Positions 16,100 through 25,500 of a DNA stretch of 64,000 bases are shown in pieces; position 1 is the first letter of the stretch, and every line of letters starts with the position of its first letter. Made by a program: the position numbers and the translations under genes. The DNA is taken from contig URAF01000002.1 of the NCBI GenBank assembly GCA_900545885.1, positions 25,866 to 89,865 of the forward strand, in the 5' to 3' direction. This stretch comes from an uncultured Eubacteriales bacterium (lineage in GTDB: Bacteria > Bacillota > Clostridia > Christensenellales > CAG-917). Under the pieces are notes generated by a model, which was not told where the DNA came from, did not search any database, and was given only the letters and a program-made list of their open reading frames with translations.

Positions 16100-16885
16100 A
16101 TGCTTCTCGTTATGGACATCGGCAACACCAACGTAAAAATCGGCATTTTCAAAGGTGACAAACTCACGTCGTCGTGGCGTGTTTCCACCGTCGCTTCGCA
16201 CACCGCCGACGAATACGGTATGGTAATCTACGACCTTCTGCGTCAGTCGGGCAGCAAGTTTGAGGACATCAAGGGCGCGGTTATGTCGTCCGTTGCGCCT
16301 TCGCTCAACTATACCATAGAGCATATGTGCTCGTACTACACGGGCAAAAAACCGCTCATTGTCGACGCAAAGACCAAACTCGGCATAGAAATCCGCTATG
16401 ACAATCCGTCCGAACTCGGCGCGGACAGAATGGTGGGAGCCGCGGCGGCTTACAAGTTTTACGGCGGTCCCGTCATCGTTATCGACTTCGGCTCTGCCAC
16501 GACGTTCAACCTCGTTACGAAGGACGGAGTATATCTCGGCGGTGCAATCGCTCCCGGTATCAAAACCGCAACGGAGTCGCTTGTCAACACCGCGGCAAAA
16601 CTTCCGAGAATCGAACTCACCACGCCCGATAACATTGTAGGCACTTCCACCAGAAGCTGTATGCAGTCCGGTATCATTTACGGTTATGCGGGCATGGTCA
16701 AATATCTCGTCGAGAAGTACAAAGCGCTTCCCGAAATGCAGGGCGCGAAAGTGATTGCGACGGGCGGACTCAGCGAGCTCATCGACAAGGTCGAACCCGA
16801 CATCATCGACATCACCGACCGTGCGCTTGCGCTGAAAGGATTGAAGTACATCTACGACATCAACGTCGGCAAAAACATCAAGTAA
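16100..16885 (+). CDS. coaX: Type III pantothenate kinase
   Basis: 261 aa. MLLVMDIGNTNVKIGIF and IVIDFGSATTF are CoaX/ASKHA motifs. SD is GGAGGG. Confidence 0.93.
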   Translation: MLLVMDIGNTNVKIGIFKGDKLTSSWRVSTVASHTADEYGMVIYDLLRQSGSKFEDIKGAVMSSVAPSLNYTIEHMCSYYTGKKPLIVDAKTKLGIEIRYDNPSELGADRMVGAAAAYKFYGGPVIVIDFGSATTFNLVTKDGVYLGGAIAPGIKTATESLVNTAAKLPRIELTTPDNIVGTSTRSCMQSGIIYGYAGMVKYLVEKYKALPEMQGAKVIATGGLSELIDKVEPDIIDITDRALALKGLKYIYDINVGKNIK

Positions 16886-16920
16886 AATTTCGGGCATACG
16901 CCCGTTCAACAGGAGATACA

Positions 16921-18198
16921 ATGAAAAAAGTTGGAGTAGCCCTTCTGGGCCTTGGCGTTGTCGGAGGCGGAACGTATCAGATTCTCACTTCCAAACGCGA
17001 GTACATCAAACAGAACGACGGCATTGACATCGAAGTCAAATGCGTGCTGGAACGCAACATCGAAAGATGCAAGGAACTCGGCGTCGACCTTTCCATAGTG
17101 TCGACCGACATCGAAAGAGTAGTTTCCGACCCCGACATTCAGATTGTTGCGGAATTTTTCGGCGGTATCGAACCCGCAAAGACTTTCCTCATCAAAGCGC
17201 TTGAAGCGGGCAAGAGCATTGTCACCGCAAACAAGGAAATGTTCTCGAAGAGCTGGCCCGAACTCGAAGCGGCGGCGGAAAAGGGAGGCGGCGGACTTTA
17301 TTTCGAAGCCAGCTGCGCAGGCGGCATTCCGATTATCCGCACACTTACCGACGGAATGCAGGGCAACAATATAACCTCGCTCAAAGGTATTGTCAACGGT
17401 ACGACAAACTATATCCTCTCCCGTATGAGCGACGAGGGCGTCGATTACGCAACTTGTTTGAGAGACGCGCAGTCTTTGGGTTATGCGGAAGCAAATCCCA
17501 CCGCGGACGTAGACGGTTTCGACGCTATGTACAAAAACAGCATTCTTTCTTCGCTTGCCTATAAGCGCAGAGTGCCCATTGACAAAATCTACCGCGAAGG
17601 TATTTCGTCCATTGCAGTCGAAGACATCAAATACGGCAAAGAACTCGGTTACACGCTCAAACTTCTTGCCGTATCCAAAAACCGCGACGGCAAAATCGAA
17701 GCGCGCGTTCACCCCGCTTTCCTTCCCGCAAACCATCCGCTTTCTTCCATCAGCGGCTCGTTCAACGCGGTATTCGTGCACGGCGACAACGTGGACGACA
17801 TTATGCTTTACGGAAGAGGCGCGGGCGCATTGCCGACAGGCAGCGCAATCGTCAGCGACATAGTTTTTGCGGCAGGCAAGGACGCACACCGCAGGTTCCC
17901 GTGGGAGCTCGAAAAGAAGGTCAACGACTCCGATTTTGCCGACGATTTCTCGTCGAGATATTACGTCAGACTTATGGTTTCCGACGAGGAAGGCACGCTC
18001 AGCAAGATAACGGGCGTATTCGGACGGAACGGCATATCCCTTGCGTCCGTCGTTCAGAAAGAAGCGGCGTCTAGCGAAGTTGCGGTCATTTTCGTGACGC
18101 ACGAAACAAAAGAAAGCGTGATGAAAAAATCGCTTGCCGAAATAGAACAACTTTCGGGAGTGGACAGCATAGCCGCTCTTATCAGGGTTGAAGAATGA
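16921..18198 (+). CDS. hom: Homoserine dehydrogenase (with C-terminal ACT domain)
   Basis: 425 aa. The N-terminus is GVALLGLGVVGGG. Also present are IVTANKEM, YFEASCAGGIPIIRTL and a C-terminal ACT-like YYVRLMVSDEEGTLSKITGVFGRNGISL. Confidence 0.92.
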   Translation: MKKVGVALLGLGVVGGGTYQILTSKREYIKQNDGIDIEVKCVLERNIERCKELGVDLSIVSTDIERVVSDPDIQIVAEFFGGIEPAKTFLIKALEAGKSIVTANKEMFSKSWPELEAAAEKGGGGLYFEASCAGGIPIIRTLTDGMQGNNITSLKGIVNGTTNYILSRMSDEGVDYATCLRDAQSLGYAEANPTADVDGFDAMYKNSILSSLAYKRRVPIDKIYREGISSIAVEDIKYGKELGYTLKLLAVSKNRDGKIEARVHPAFLPANHPLSSISGSFNAVFVHGDNVDDIMLYGRGAGALPTGSAIVSDIVFAAGKDAHRRFPWELEKKVNDSDFADDFSSRYYVRLMVSDEEGTLSKITGVFGRNGISLASVVQKEAASSEVAVIFVTHETKESVMKKSLAEIEQLSGVDSIAALIRVEE

Positions 18199-19727
18199 AA
18201 AAAGTTCCCACCTTTCGCAGAGCGGCGGGAGTGCTTATGCCGCTCACCGCAATGCCCAGCGCGTACGGCATAGGTTGCTTTTCGCGTGACGTTGACGTAT
18301 TCGCCGATATGGCGGCGGATATGGGTTTCCATTGGTGGCAGATACTGCCCATAACCTTGGTCGGCGCGGGCAATTCGCCTTATTCGGGCTTGTCTACTTT
18401 CGCGGGCAGTCCGCTGTTCATAAATCCCGCAGGGCTTATGGAAGACGGCTTGCTCACACCCGAAGAAGCAGAGAGCTGCAAGTATCGCGGACAACCGTAC
18501 CGTGTGGACTACGATTTTGCGCGTGAAAACACAAAACGCTTTTTAGGTATCGCTTTCGGCAGATTAACACCCGAATGGCGCGCAAAGATGCAGGAGTTTG
18601 CGCAGTCCGAAAAGGATTGGCTGGACGATTATGCGCTTTATATGGCGCTTGTCGAAACCCGCGGTTGCGAATGGTGGAAGTGGGAAACGGAACTCGCTTT
18701 GCGTGACCCCGAAGCACTTGCCGCGGCGCGCGAACAGCTCCGCGACAGAGTGGATTATTACGTATTCGAGCAGTTCGAATTCTTCCGTCAATGGAACGCG
18801 CTCAAAAAACGCGTCAACGACAGAGGCGTTCAGATTATCGGCGACTTGCCGTTTTACGTCGCAACCGAAAGCGTCGACGTTTGGGCAAACCCGCACGAAT
18901 TTCTCCTCGACAAAAACAACAGACCTACCGCGGTTGCGGGCGTTCCGCCGGACGCGTTCGCGGAAAAAGGGCAGATTTGGGGCAACTGCCTTTACGATTT
19001 TGCCGCAATGAAAAAGAACGGGTACAGCTGGTGGCGCAAACGCATTTCGCATTGTCTCAGACTTTACGACGCTTTGCGACTTGACCATTTCCGCGCGTTC
19101 TACAACTTTTTCGCAATCCCCGCCGAAGACGAAGACACGGCGGAAAACGGCGAATGGCGGTTTGGTCCCGGACAGGAGCTCATCGACCTTATGCGGAAAG
19201 ACAACCCGTCTGCGTTGTTCATAGCCGAAGACCTTGGACTTATAGACGACGATTGCCGCGAATTCATCGACAACTCGGGCATTCCGACAATGCGCGTGTT
19301 CCAGTTCGGTTTCGACGGCACGCCCAGCGTGCATCTGCCTTACCGTTACGACAGCCACAACGTGGCGTATACGGGCACGCACGACAACAATACGTTGCTC
19401 GGTTGGCTTTACGAAATGAATCCCGCCGCGCGCGATTTCGCTCTCAAATACTGCGGATTTACGGGTGCCGGCTGGGGTAGCGGCGGTCCTTCGTGCGCTT
19501 CGACAAAGGCAATTATCAGAACGGTTGTCGCGTCGTCCGCCGTGCTTGCGATAATCCCCGTGCAGGATATGCTCGGATACGGAGAAGATACGCGTATCAA
19601 CGTGCCGGGGGTTGCCGAGGGCAACTGGATGTTCAGATTGCCTTACGAACTTATGCTCACCGTAGACAGGGATTATTTCCTCGACATTAACAACACTTAC
19701 GGCAGACTCGGAAGAGGTGCGGAATGA
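18195..19727 (+). CDS. malQ: 4-alpha-glucanotransferase (amylomaltase)
   Basis: 510 aa. AGVLMPLTAMPSAYGIGCF, LRLDHFRAF, AEDLG and GTHDNNT are GH77 motifs. Its ATGA start overlaps the hom stop. Confidence 0.9.
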   Translation: MKKVPTFRRAAGVLMPLTAMPSAYGIGCFSRDVDVFADMAADMGFHWWQILPITLVGAGNSPYSGLSTFAGSPLFINPAGLMEDGLLTPEEAESCKYRGQPYRVDYDFARENTKRFLGIAFGRLTPEWRAKMQEFAQSEKDWLDDYALYMALVETRGCEWWKWETELALRDPEALAAAREQLRDRVDYYVFEQFEFFRQWNALKKRVNDRGVQIIGDLPFYVATESVDVWANPHEFLLDKNNRPTAVAGVPPDAFAEKGQIWGNCLYDFAAMKKNGYSWWRKRISHCLRLYDALRLDHFRAFYNFFAIPAEDEDTAENGEWRFGPGQELIDLMRKDNPSALFIAEDLGLIDDDCREFIDNSGIPTMRVFQFGFDGTPSVHLPYRYDSHNVAYTGTHDNNTLLGWLYEMNPAARDFALKYCGFTGAGWGSGGPSCASTKAIIRTVVASSAVLAIIPVQDMLGYGEDTRINVPGVAEGNWMFRLPYELMLTVDRDYFLDINNTYGRLGRGAE

Positions 19728-20212
19728 TACTGTTTTTCGCGCAGGGAGAATGTGACAGCGACGCGTTTATCCGTCATTGTTACGGACATTTCGTCGACAT
19801 AATGAACGCGAGCGGCAACGAGTATCCGCGCGACGTGGAAATCGTGCGCGAATACGGCGAAAAACCCCGTTTCGACAAGGGCGGCGCGTATTTTTCGCTT
19901 TCTCACTCGCACGGTGTCATAATGCTCGGCATATCTCACAGCGAAATCGGCGTCGACATCGAAAAAATCCGTCCCGTCAATTTCGAGAAGTTCACTTTTA
20001 TGGACGCTGAAAACGAAAAAGATTTTTTCAAGAAGTGGACGGAACGGGAAAGTTATCTCAAATATACGGGAGTAGGACTCAAAGAATTTCGCCGTCCCAT
20101 TCCCGACGATGCGCATTTCGAACACTTCGAGGTGTTCGACGGGTTCGACGCCTGTGTTTGCGCGGAAGAGCAGAACATAGTGGCATATCAGATTGATTTG
20201 TCGCAGATTTAA
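19724..20212 (+). CDS. 4'-phosphopantetheinyl transferase, short Sfp-type
   Basis: 162 aa. GEKPRFDKGGAYFSLSHSHG, IGVDIEKI and KWTERESYLKYTG match the PPTase motifs. The N-terminal half is much shorter than in Sfp. Its ATGA start overlaps the malQ stop. Confidence 0.8.
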   Translation: MILFFAQGECDSDAFIRHCYGHFVDIMNASGNEYPRDVEIVREYGEKPRFDKGGAYFSLSHSHGVIMLGISHSEIGVDIEKIRPVNFEKFTFMDAENEKDFFKKWTERESYLKYTGVGLKEFRRPIPDDAHFEHFEVFDGFDACVCAEEQNIVAYQIDLSQI

Positions 20213-20279
20213 CGAATTAAAGGCGGCGCTCCGCCGATATAAAAATCAAAAATCGCGCCGAAAGGCGAAGGAGAAAAAA

Positions 20280-20516
20280 ATGAACAATAATATCTTCGAA
20301 AAACTCAAAGCAATAGTCGTCAATCAAATCGGTATCGACGCCGAAATCGTCAAACCCGAAAGCGACATCATAAAAGACCTCGGTTGCGACAGCCTCGACA
20401 TCGTCGATATGCTGATGAGCGTTGAAGACGAATTCGGCGTGACAATCGACGACAGCGACGTCAGCGAAATGAAAACCGTTCTCGACGTCGTCAATTTCAT
20501 CGACCAACGCATCTGA
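20280..20516 (+). CDS. Acyl carrier protein (orphan)
   Basis: 78 aa. The ATG has AAGGAG upstream. IIKDLGCDSLDIVDMLMSVEDEFG contains the DSL phosphopantetheine attachment serine. Confidence 0.85.
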   Translation: MNNNIFEKLKAIVVNQIGIDAEIVKPESDIIKDLGCDSLDIVDMLMSVEDEFGVTIDDSDVSEMKTVLDVVNFIDQRI

Positions 20517-20520
20517 CGGT

Positions 20521-20550
20521 TTGGCGCCCCCTTCGGGGCGCCAAATCGTT
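20521..20550 (+). terminator. GC-rich hairpin after the acp gene; candidate terminator with a weak T-tract
   Basis: TTGGCGCCCC (20521-20530) pairs with GGGGCGCCAA (20535-20544) across loop CTTC. A second 7-bp hairpin, AAGCCGC/GCGGCTT, follows at 20559-20577. Confidence 0.5.
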
Positions 20551-20585
20551 TGAATGACAAGCCGCACACGCGGCTTTCTCTGATT

Positions 20586-21524
20586 ATGACGGAAAATTTC
20601 AACGGACCGATAATCACGGTTGAGAACCTCGTCAAAAACTACGGCGACGTTCTTGCCGTCAAAGGCATATCGTTTACGGTCGAACGCGGCGAACTGTTTG
20701 CTTTCCTCGGATTGAACGGGGCAGGCAAAAGCACCACGATAAACGTCCTTTGTACCATTTTGCAAAAAACTTCGGGCAAAGTCACGGTTGACGGGTTCGA
20801 CCTCGATTCGCAGGCGAAAATCATAAAAAGCAAGATAGGGATAGTTTTTCAGGGTTCCGTACTCGACGACAAACTCACCGTACGGGATAACCTTTCCGTA
20901 CGCGCGTCATTTTACGGATTGCGCGGTCAGTCGTGGAAGGAACGACTTGACGAGCTGACCCGACTTTTCGATTTGAAAGATATTCTGAACCGTCCTTACG
21001 GCAAATTGTCGGGCGGACAACGACGCAGAGTTGACGTCGCGCGCGGACTTATCAACCGTCCGACCGTACTATTTCTCGACGAACCCACGACGGGGCTCGA
21101 CCCGCAGACCAGAAAACACGTCTGGGAAGTTCTGCACGACTTGCGCAAACGCACGGGTATGACGGTTTTTCTTACCACGCATTATATGGAAGAAGCCGCC
21201 GACGCCGATACCGTTGTCATTATGGACGACGGCAGAATTGTTGCGCAGGGTACTCCCAACGAACTCAAAAACAAATATTCGGGCGATTACATCAAACTTT
21301 ACCGTCCGCAGTCGTTGCGCATAGACGCCTTGCTTGAAACGGAAGGCAGAGAGTACGTTTATGAGGGCGAATGCTACCGCATAAAGACAAAAGACACCGC
21401 GGCGGCACGCGATTTCGTAATCGCGCACCCCGATCTTGCGGGAGATTTCGAAGTCGTCAAAGGCGATATGGACGACGTATTCCTGCGTGCAACGGGCAAA
21501 AAACTGGAAGGAGGCGGCGTATGA
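20586..21524 (+). CDS. ABC transporter ATP-binding protein (ABC-2/DrrA-like exporter type)
   Basis: GLNGAGKSTT (Walker A), LSGGQRRRV (signature) and [11 protein letters not shown] (Walker B). The start is uncertain because there is no clear SD; the track ORF begins at 20550. Confidence 0.88.
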   Translation: MTENFNGPIITVENLVKNYGDVLAVKGISFTVERGELFAFLGLNGAGKSTTINVLCTILQKTSGKVTVDGFDLDSQAKIIKSKIGIVFQGSVLDDKLTVRDNLSVRASFYGLRGQSWKERLDELTRLFDLKDILNRPYGKLSGGQRRRVDVARGLINRPTVLFLDEPTTGLDPQTRKHVWEVLHDLRKRTGMTVFLTTHYMEEAADADTVVIMDDGRIVAQGTPNELKNKYSGDYIKLYRPQSLRIDALLETEGREYVYEGECYRIKTKDTAAARDFVIAHPDLAGDFEVVKGDMDDVFLRATGKKLEGGGV

Positions 21525-22516
21525 AAGAACTGAGAGCCGAACTCGGGGACGATTTGTTCGCCCTCGGAAGCATAGTAAAACGCTGTCTCAAAATGTTTTT
21601 GAAAGACGGTATGGCGGTGTTTTTCTCTTTGCTTGCTCCGCTTATAGTATTTTTGCTTTATGTTCTGTTCCTTGCGGACATTCAGGTCGACGCCGTAAAC
21701 TCTGCGTTCCCCGAAGGTTTCGAAGTATCCAAAGGATTGGTCAAGGCATTCGTGGACAACTGGATGGTGTCGGGTGTTCTCGGCGTTGCATGCATAACCG
21801 TTTCGCTCAGCGCAAACAGCATAATGGTGCAGGACAAGCAAAGAGGGCAGATACTCGACTGTCTGGCGTCCCCCGTCAAACGCAGTGTAATCACGACGGC
21901 GTACTTTGTGTTCAACTTTGTCGTGACCGCGGTCATATGCACGATTGTGTATCTCGTCTGCTTGGTTTATCTTGCCGCGTCGGGCAGTTTCACAATGACC
22001 GCGTCGGACGTGTTCGCCGTGTTCGGAGTGCTGCTTTTCTCGGTGTTGTCGGCAACGCTTATCACGGTGTTCCTTGCGTCCTTGTTCAGAACGGAAGCCA
22101 CGCTCAGCGGATTTATCGGAATTATCAGCGCGGCAATAGGGTTCCTGACAGGTGCTTTTATGCCTCTCAGCATATTCCCGACGGGCGTGCAGTACGTGTC
22201 CAGCATCCTGCCCGGAACTCATTCGTCGGGAATGTTCCGTCATTTCCTTATGAGCGAAGCGCTCGAAGACCTTGTCGCAACCGTACCCGAAGCGGCGCAG
22301 GCAAGCCTGCGGAGCGGATTGGAAGACGCATTTTCCATGCAACTTAACTTCTTCGGCAAGATGGTCGACATTGACGTTATGGCAATTTATATCGCCGTGA
22401 TAATAATCGTTTTCGTCGTAATAAATCTTACCGTGGGCACAAAACTTCTAGAACTGTCGGACAGAAAACCCCTTTTCGGCAAGAAAAAGAAACCCGCGGA
22501 CAAAGACGACAAATAG
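21521..22516 (+). CDS. ABC-2-type transporter permease
   Basis: 331 aa. Its ATGA start overlaps the ATPase stop, and GGAGG lies upstream. It has 6 hydrophobic helices and a Lys/Asp-rich tail. Confidence 0.8.
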   Translation: MKELRAELGDDLFALGSIVKRCLKMFLKDGMAVFFSLLAPLIVFLLYVLFLADIQVDAVNSAFPEGFEVSKGLVKAFVDNWMVSGVLGVACITVSLSANSIMVQDKQRGQILDCLASPVKRSVITTAYFVFNFVVTAVICTIVYLVCLVYLAASGSFTMTASDVFAVFGVLLFSVLSATLITVFLASLFRTEATLSGFIGIISAAIGFLTGAFMPLSIFPTGVQYVSSILPGTHSSGMFRHFLMSEALEDLVATVPEAAQASLRSGLEDAFSMQLNFFGKMVDIDVMAIYIAVIIIVFVVINLTVGTKLLELSDRKPLFGKKKKPADKDDK

Positions 22517-22563
22517 GAAGCAATAACGAGCAAATCTCATTTACAAAACAAAAACCGTTAAAA

Positions 22564-22596
22564 AAGTCGGCAAAGAAATGCCGACTTTTGATTTTT
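22564..22596. terminator. Bidirectional rho-independent terminator (serves the ABC-2 permease and leuB)
   Basis: AAGTCGGCA (22564-22572) pairs with TGCCGACTT (22579-22587), followed by TTTGATTTTT. An A-run upstream serves the minus strand. Confidence 0.8.
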
Positions 22597-22703
22597 CGTT
22601 TCGAATTATTTGTGTTTCGATATTTCAAAACAGTATGTAATATTGTTTCGGTTTGATTTCCTGTGTGTAAGCGGGGATTGTTTTATTTGGTCGTTAGCTT
22701 GCG

Positions 22704-23747
22704 TCAGATACGCGCGATGATTTCGTCCGTGAGTTCTTTTGTGCCGAGATTTCCGCCGATGTCTGCCGTTCCGAGACCCGCGTTAAGGACGTTTTCGACA
22801 GCGTTTTCAATGGCGCGTGCCTCTTCGTCGAGGTTGAGCGAAAGACGGAGCAACATTGACGCAGACAGTATAGTGCCGATGGGGTTTGCTATATTTTTGT
22901 CCGCAAGCAGAGGAGCGGAACCGTGTATGGCTTCATACATTCCGACCGAAGTAGCGCCAAGGGACGCAGAGGGCATAACTCCGATGCTTCCGACGATTGC
23001 CGCGGTAAGGTCGGACAGAATGTCGCCGAACATATTGGAAGTGAGTATCACGTCAAACTGCGAAGGATTGAGCGCGAGTTGCATTGCCGCATTGTCGACG
23101 TACATCATATCCACGCGCACGGACGGGTAGTCCTCGTTGATGTCGGACACCACTTTGCGCCACAGTTTGGACGAAGTGAGCACGTTGGCTTTGTCGACCA
23201 GACAGACTTTTTTGCGGCGCGTTTCGGCAAGTTCGAATGCAATGCGCGACACGCGTTCGATTTCGATTTCGGAGTAACTCTCGGTGTCGTACGCTTCGCG
23301 CCCCGTGTTACCGTTGCGGTAACCGCGTTCGCCGAAGTAAATTCCGCCCGTGAGTTCGCGCACGGTGACGATGTCTATGCCTTTTTCCACGATTTCGGGT
23401 TTGAGCGCCGACGCTTCCGAAAGCGCGGGGAAAAGTTTTGCCGGACGCAGATTTGCGTAAAGTCCGAGTTGTTTGCGAATGCCGAGCAGAGCGGCTTCTG
23501 GACGGACGGGCGCGTTGTCCCATTTGTCGCCGCCGACGGCACCGAGCAGAACGGCAAGTGCGGCGCGGACGGTGTCTTCGGGCAGAGGGTGTCCCGTGGC
23601 GTCGATTGCGCAACCGCCTATGAGCGCTTCCGAAAAACGGAAATCGTGGTTGTATTTTTCGGCAATGCGTTCAAGCACGCGCACCGCCGCGTTTACTGTT
23701 TCGGGACCTATTCCGTCCCCCGGGAGAGTCAGTATTTCAGCCTTCAT
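22704..23747 (-). CDS. leuB: 3-isopropylmalate dehydrogenase
   Basis: 347 aa. LPGDGIGPE, NLRP, LVDKANVL and NMFGDILSD are IMDH motifs. Confidence 0.95.
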   Translation of the reverse strand: MKAEILTLPGDGIGPETVNAAVRVLERIAEKYNHDFRFSEALIGGCAIDATGHPLPEDTVRAALAVLLGAVGGDKWDNAPVRPEAALLGIRKQLGLYANLRPAKLFPALSEASALKPEIVEKGIDIVTVRELTGGIYFGERGYRNGNTGREAYDTESYSEIEIERVSRIAFELAETRRKKVCLVDKANVLTSSKLWRKVVSDINEDYPSVRVDMMYVDNAAMQLALNPSQFDVILTSNMFGDILSDLTAAIVGSIGVMPSASLGATSVGMYEAIHGSAPLLADKNIANPIGTILSASMLLRLSLNLDEEARAIENAVENVLNAGLGTADIGGNLGTKELTDEIIARI

Positions 23748-24228
23748 TCTTTTTCACTGCCTCCATAAGTCCGCCGCATTCGAGTATGTTGCGGACGTAG
23801 TCGTCGATGGGCGGCAAGTCGTAAACCTTGCCCGTAGTTATGTCGGTGATTTTGTCGTTATCGACACTTAATATGTCGTTTTCTGATATTTCATCTGCCA
23901 TTTGTGCGCTTTCGACAATTCGCAGACCGATGTTGACGGCGTTGCGGAAGAAGATGCGCGCAAAACTTTTTGCGATTACGAGTCTGACTCCCGACGCTTT
24001 GATTGCAAGGGGTGCGTGTTCGCGGCTCGAACCGCTGCCGAAGTTGAACCCGCCGACGATTACGTCGCCCGTCTTTACGTTTGCAGCGAAGTTAGGGTCG
24101 ATGTCTTCCATTGCGTGGGCGCGCAGGTTTTCCGCGCTTGCGTCGTTGAGATAGCGGGCAGGGATTATTACGTCCGTGTTGACGTTGTCGCCGTATTTGA
24201 AAACTTTTCCGCGGTATTCCATATTCAC
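23737..24228 (-). CDS. leuD: 3-isopropylmalate dehydratase small subunit
   Basis: 163 aa. GDNVNTDVIIPARYL and NFGSGSSREHAP are LeuD motifs. Confidence 0.93.
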   Translation of the reverse strand: MNMEYRGKVFKYGDNVNTDVIIPARYLNDASAENLRAHAMEDIDPNFAANVKTGDVIVGGFNFGSGSSREHAPLAIKASGVRLVIAKSFARIFFRNAVNIGLRIVESAQMADEISENDILSVDNDKITDITTGKVYDLPPIDDYVRNILECGGLMEAVKKNEG

Positions 24229-25487
24229 TCCTCGGGGCAGGACAGTCTGCCCGTCAACGCGCTTGCCGCCGCAACGTAAGGGGAAGCGAGATAAATTCTG
24301 GATGTCGTATCGCCCATTCTGCCCACGAAGTTGCGGTTGGTGGTAGATACAGCACTTTCGCCGTGAGCGAGTATTCCCATATATCCGCCGAGGCAGGGGC
24401 CGCAGGTAGGTGTGGACACCACCGCGCCGCTTTCGACGAATATGCTTGTCAGTCCTTCGTCAAGGCACTGTTTGTAGACTTCCATTGTGGCGGGAATTAC
24501 GATGCAACGCACGCCGTCGGCAACTTTCTTGCCTTTCATAACGCTTGCCGCGGCACGCATATCGGAAATGCGTCCGTTGGTGCAGCTGCCGATGACGACC
24601 TGGTCGATTTTTATATTGTCGGGTATGTCTTTGCCGAAAAATCTGGTGTTGGAGGGCAGATGCGGGAATGCAACGGCAGGCGTGATGTCGTCAAGGTTAA
24701 GAACGATTTCGCGTTCATACTCCGCGTCGTCGTCGGGCAGTATTCTGTCGCTGTCCACAATTTGCACGCCGCGCGATACGAGGTAGTCTTCCGCCGCTTT
24801 GTCGAGAGGGAAGAATGCGTTTTTTGCGCCGCATTCGATTGCCATATTCGCGATTGTAAGTCTGTCGTCGACGGTGAGCGCGGATATGTCGCCGAAAAAT
24901 TCCAACGATTTGTAAGTCGCGCCGTCAACTCCCAGTATGCCTATGAGCGTAAGAACTACGTCTTTGCCCGTTACGTATCTGCGGAGTTTGCCACGGAGCG
25001 TGACTTTGATTGCCGACGGAACCCTGAACCAGAGTTTGTCCGTGAGCATCGCGGCCGCCATATCCGTGGAGCCTACGCCCGTGGAGAAACAACCGAGTGC
25101 ACCGTAAGTGCAGGTGTGGCTGTCTGCGCCTATCATAAGCGACGCGGGTTTTACAAGTCCGAGCTCGGGGAGAAGCGCGTGTTCGACGCCTGATTTGCCC
25201 ACGTCGTAAAAATGTTTTATTCCTTGTTCTTTCGCAAAGTCGCGGACGGTCTTGCACTGTTCCGCGCTTTTGATGTCCTTTGCCGGTACGAAATGGTCGA
25301 GAACGAGCACGATCTTGTCGGGACTTTTAACCCGTTCGCCCGCTCTTTTCATTTCTTTGATGGCAACGGGCGAGGTTATGTCGTTGCCGAGAATGACGTC
25401 GACGTTTGCTGTGACCAGTTCGCCCGCAGTCACGCTTTCGCGTCCTGCGTGTGCGGCCAGTATTTTTTGAGTGGCAGTCATTTTCAT
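24225..25487 (-). CDS. leuC: 3-isopropylmalate dehydratase large subunit
   Basis: 420 aa. It has aconitase-family motifs, including GADSHTCTYGA, IGSCTNGR and the Fe-S Cys ligands in PTCGPCLG. Confidence 0.95.
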   Translation of the reverse strand: MKMTATQKILAAHAGRESVTAGELVTANVDVILGNDITSPVAIKEMKRAGERVKSPDKIVLVLDHFVPAKDIKSAEQCKTVRDFAKEQGIKHFYDVGKSGVEHALLPELGLVKPASLMIGADSHTCTYGALGCFSTGVGSTDMAAAMLTDKLWFRVPSAIKVTLRGKLRRYVTGKDVVLTLIGILGVDGATYKSLEFFGDISALTVDDRLTIANMAIECGAKNAFFPLDKAAEDYLVSRGVQIVDSDRILPDDDAEYEREIVLNLDDITPAVAFPHLPSNTRFFGKDIPDNIKIDQVVIGSCTNGRISDMRAAASVMKGKKVADGVRCIVIPATMEVYKQCLDEGLTSIFVESGAVVSTPTCGPCLGGYMGILAHGESAVSTTNRNFVGRMGDTTSRIYLASPYVAAASALTGRLSCPEE

Positions 25488-25500
25488 GGTTAAGTCCGCC

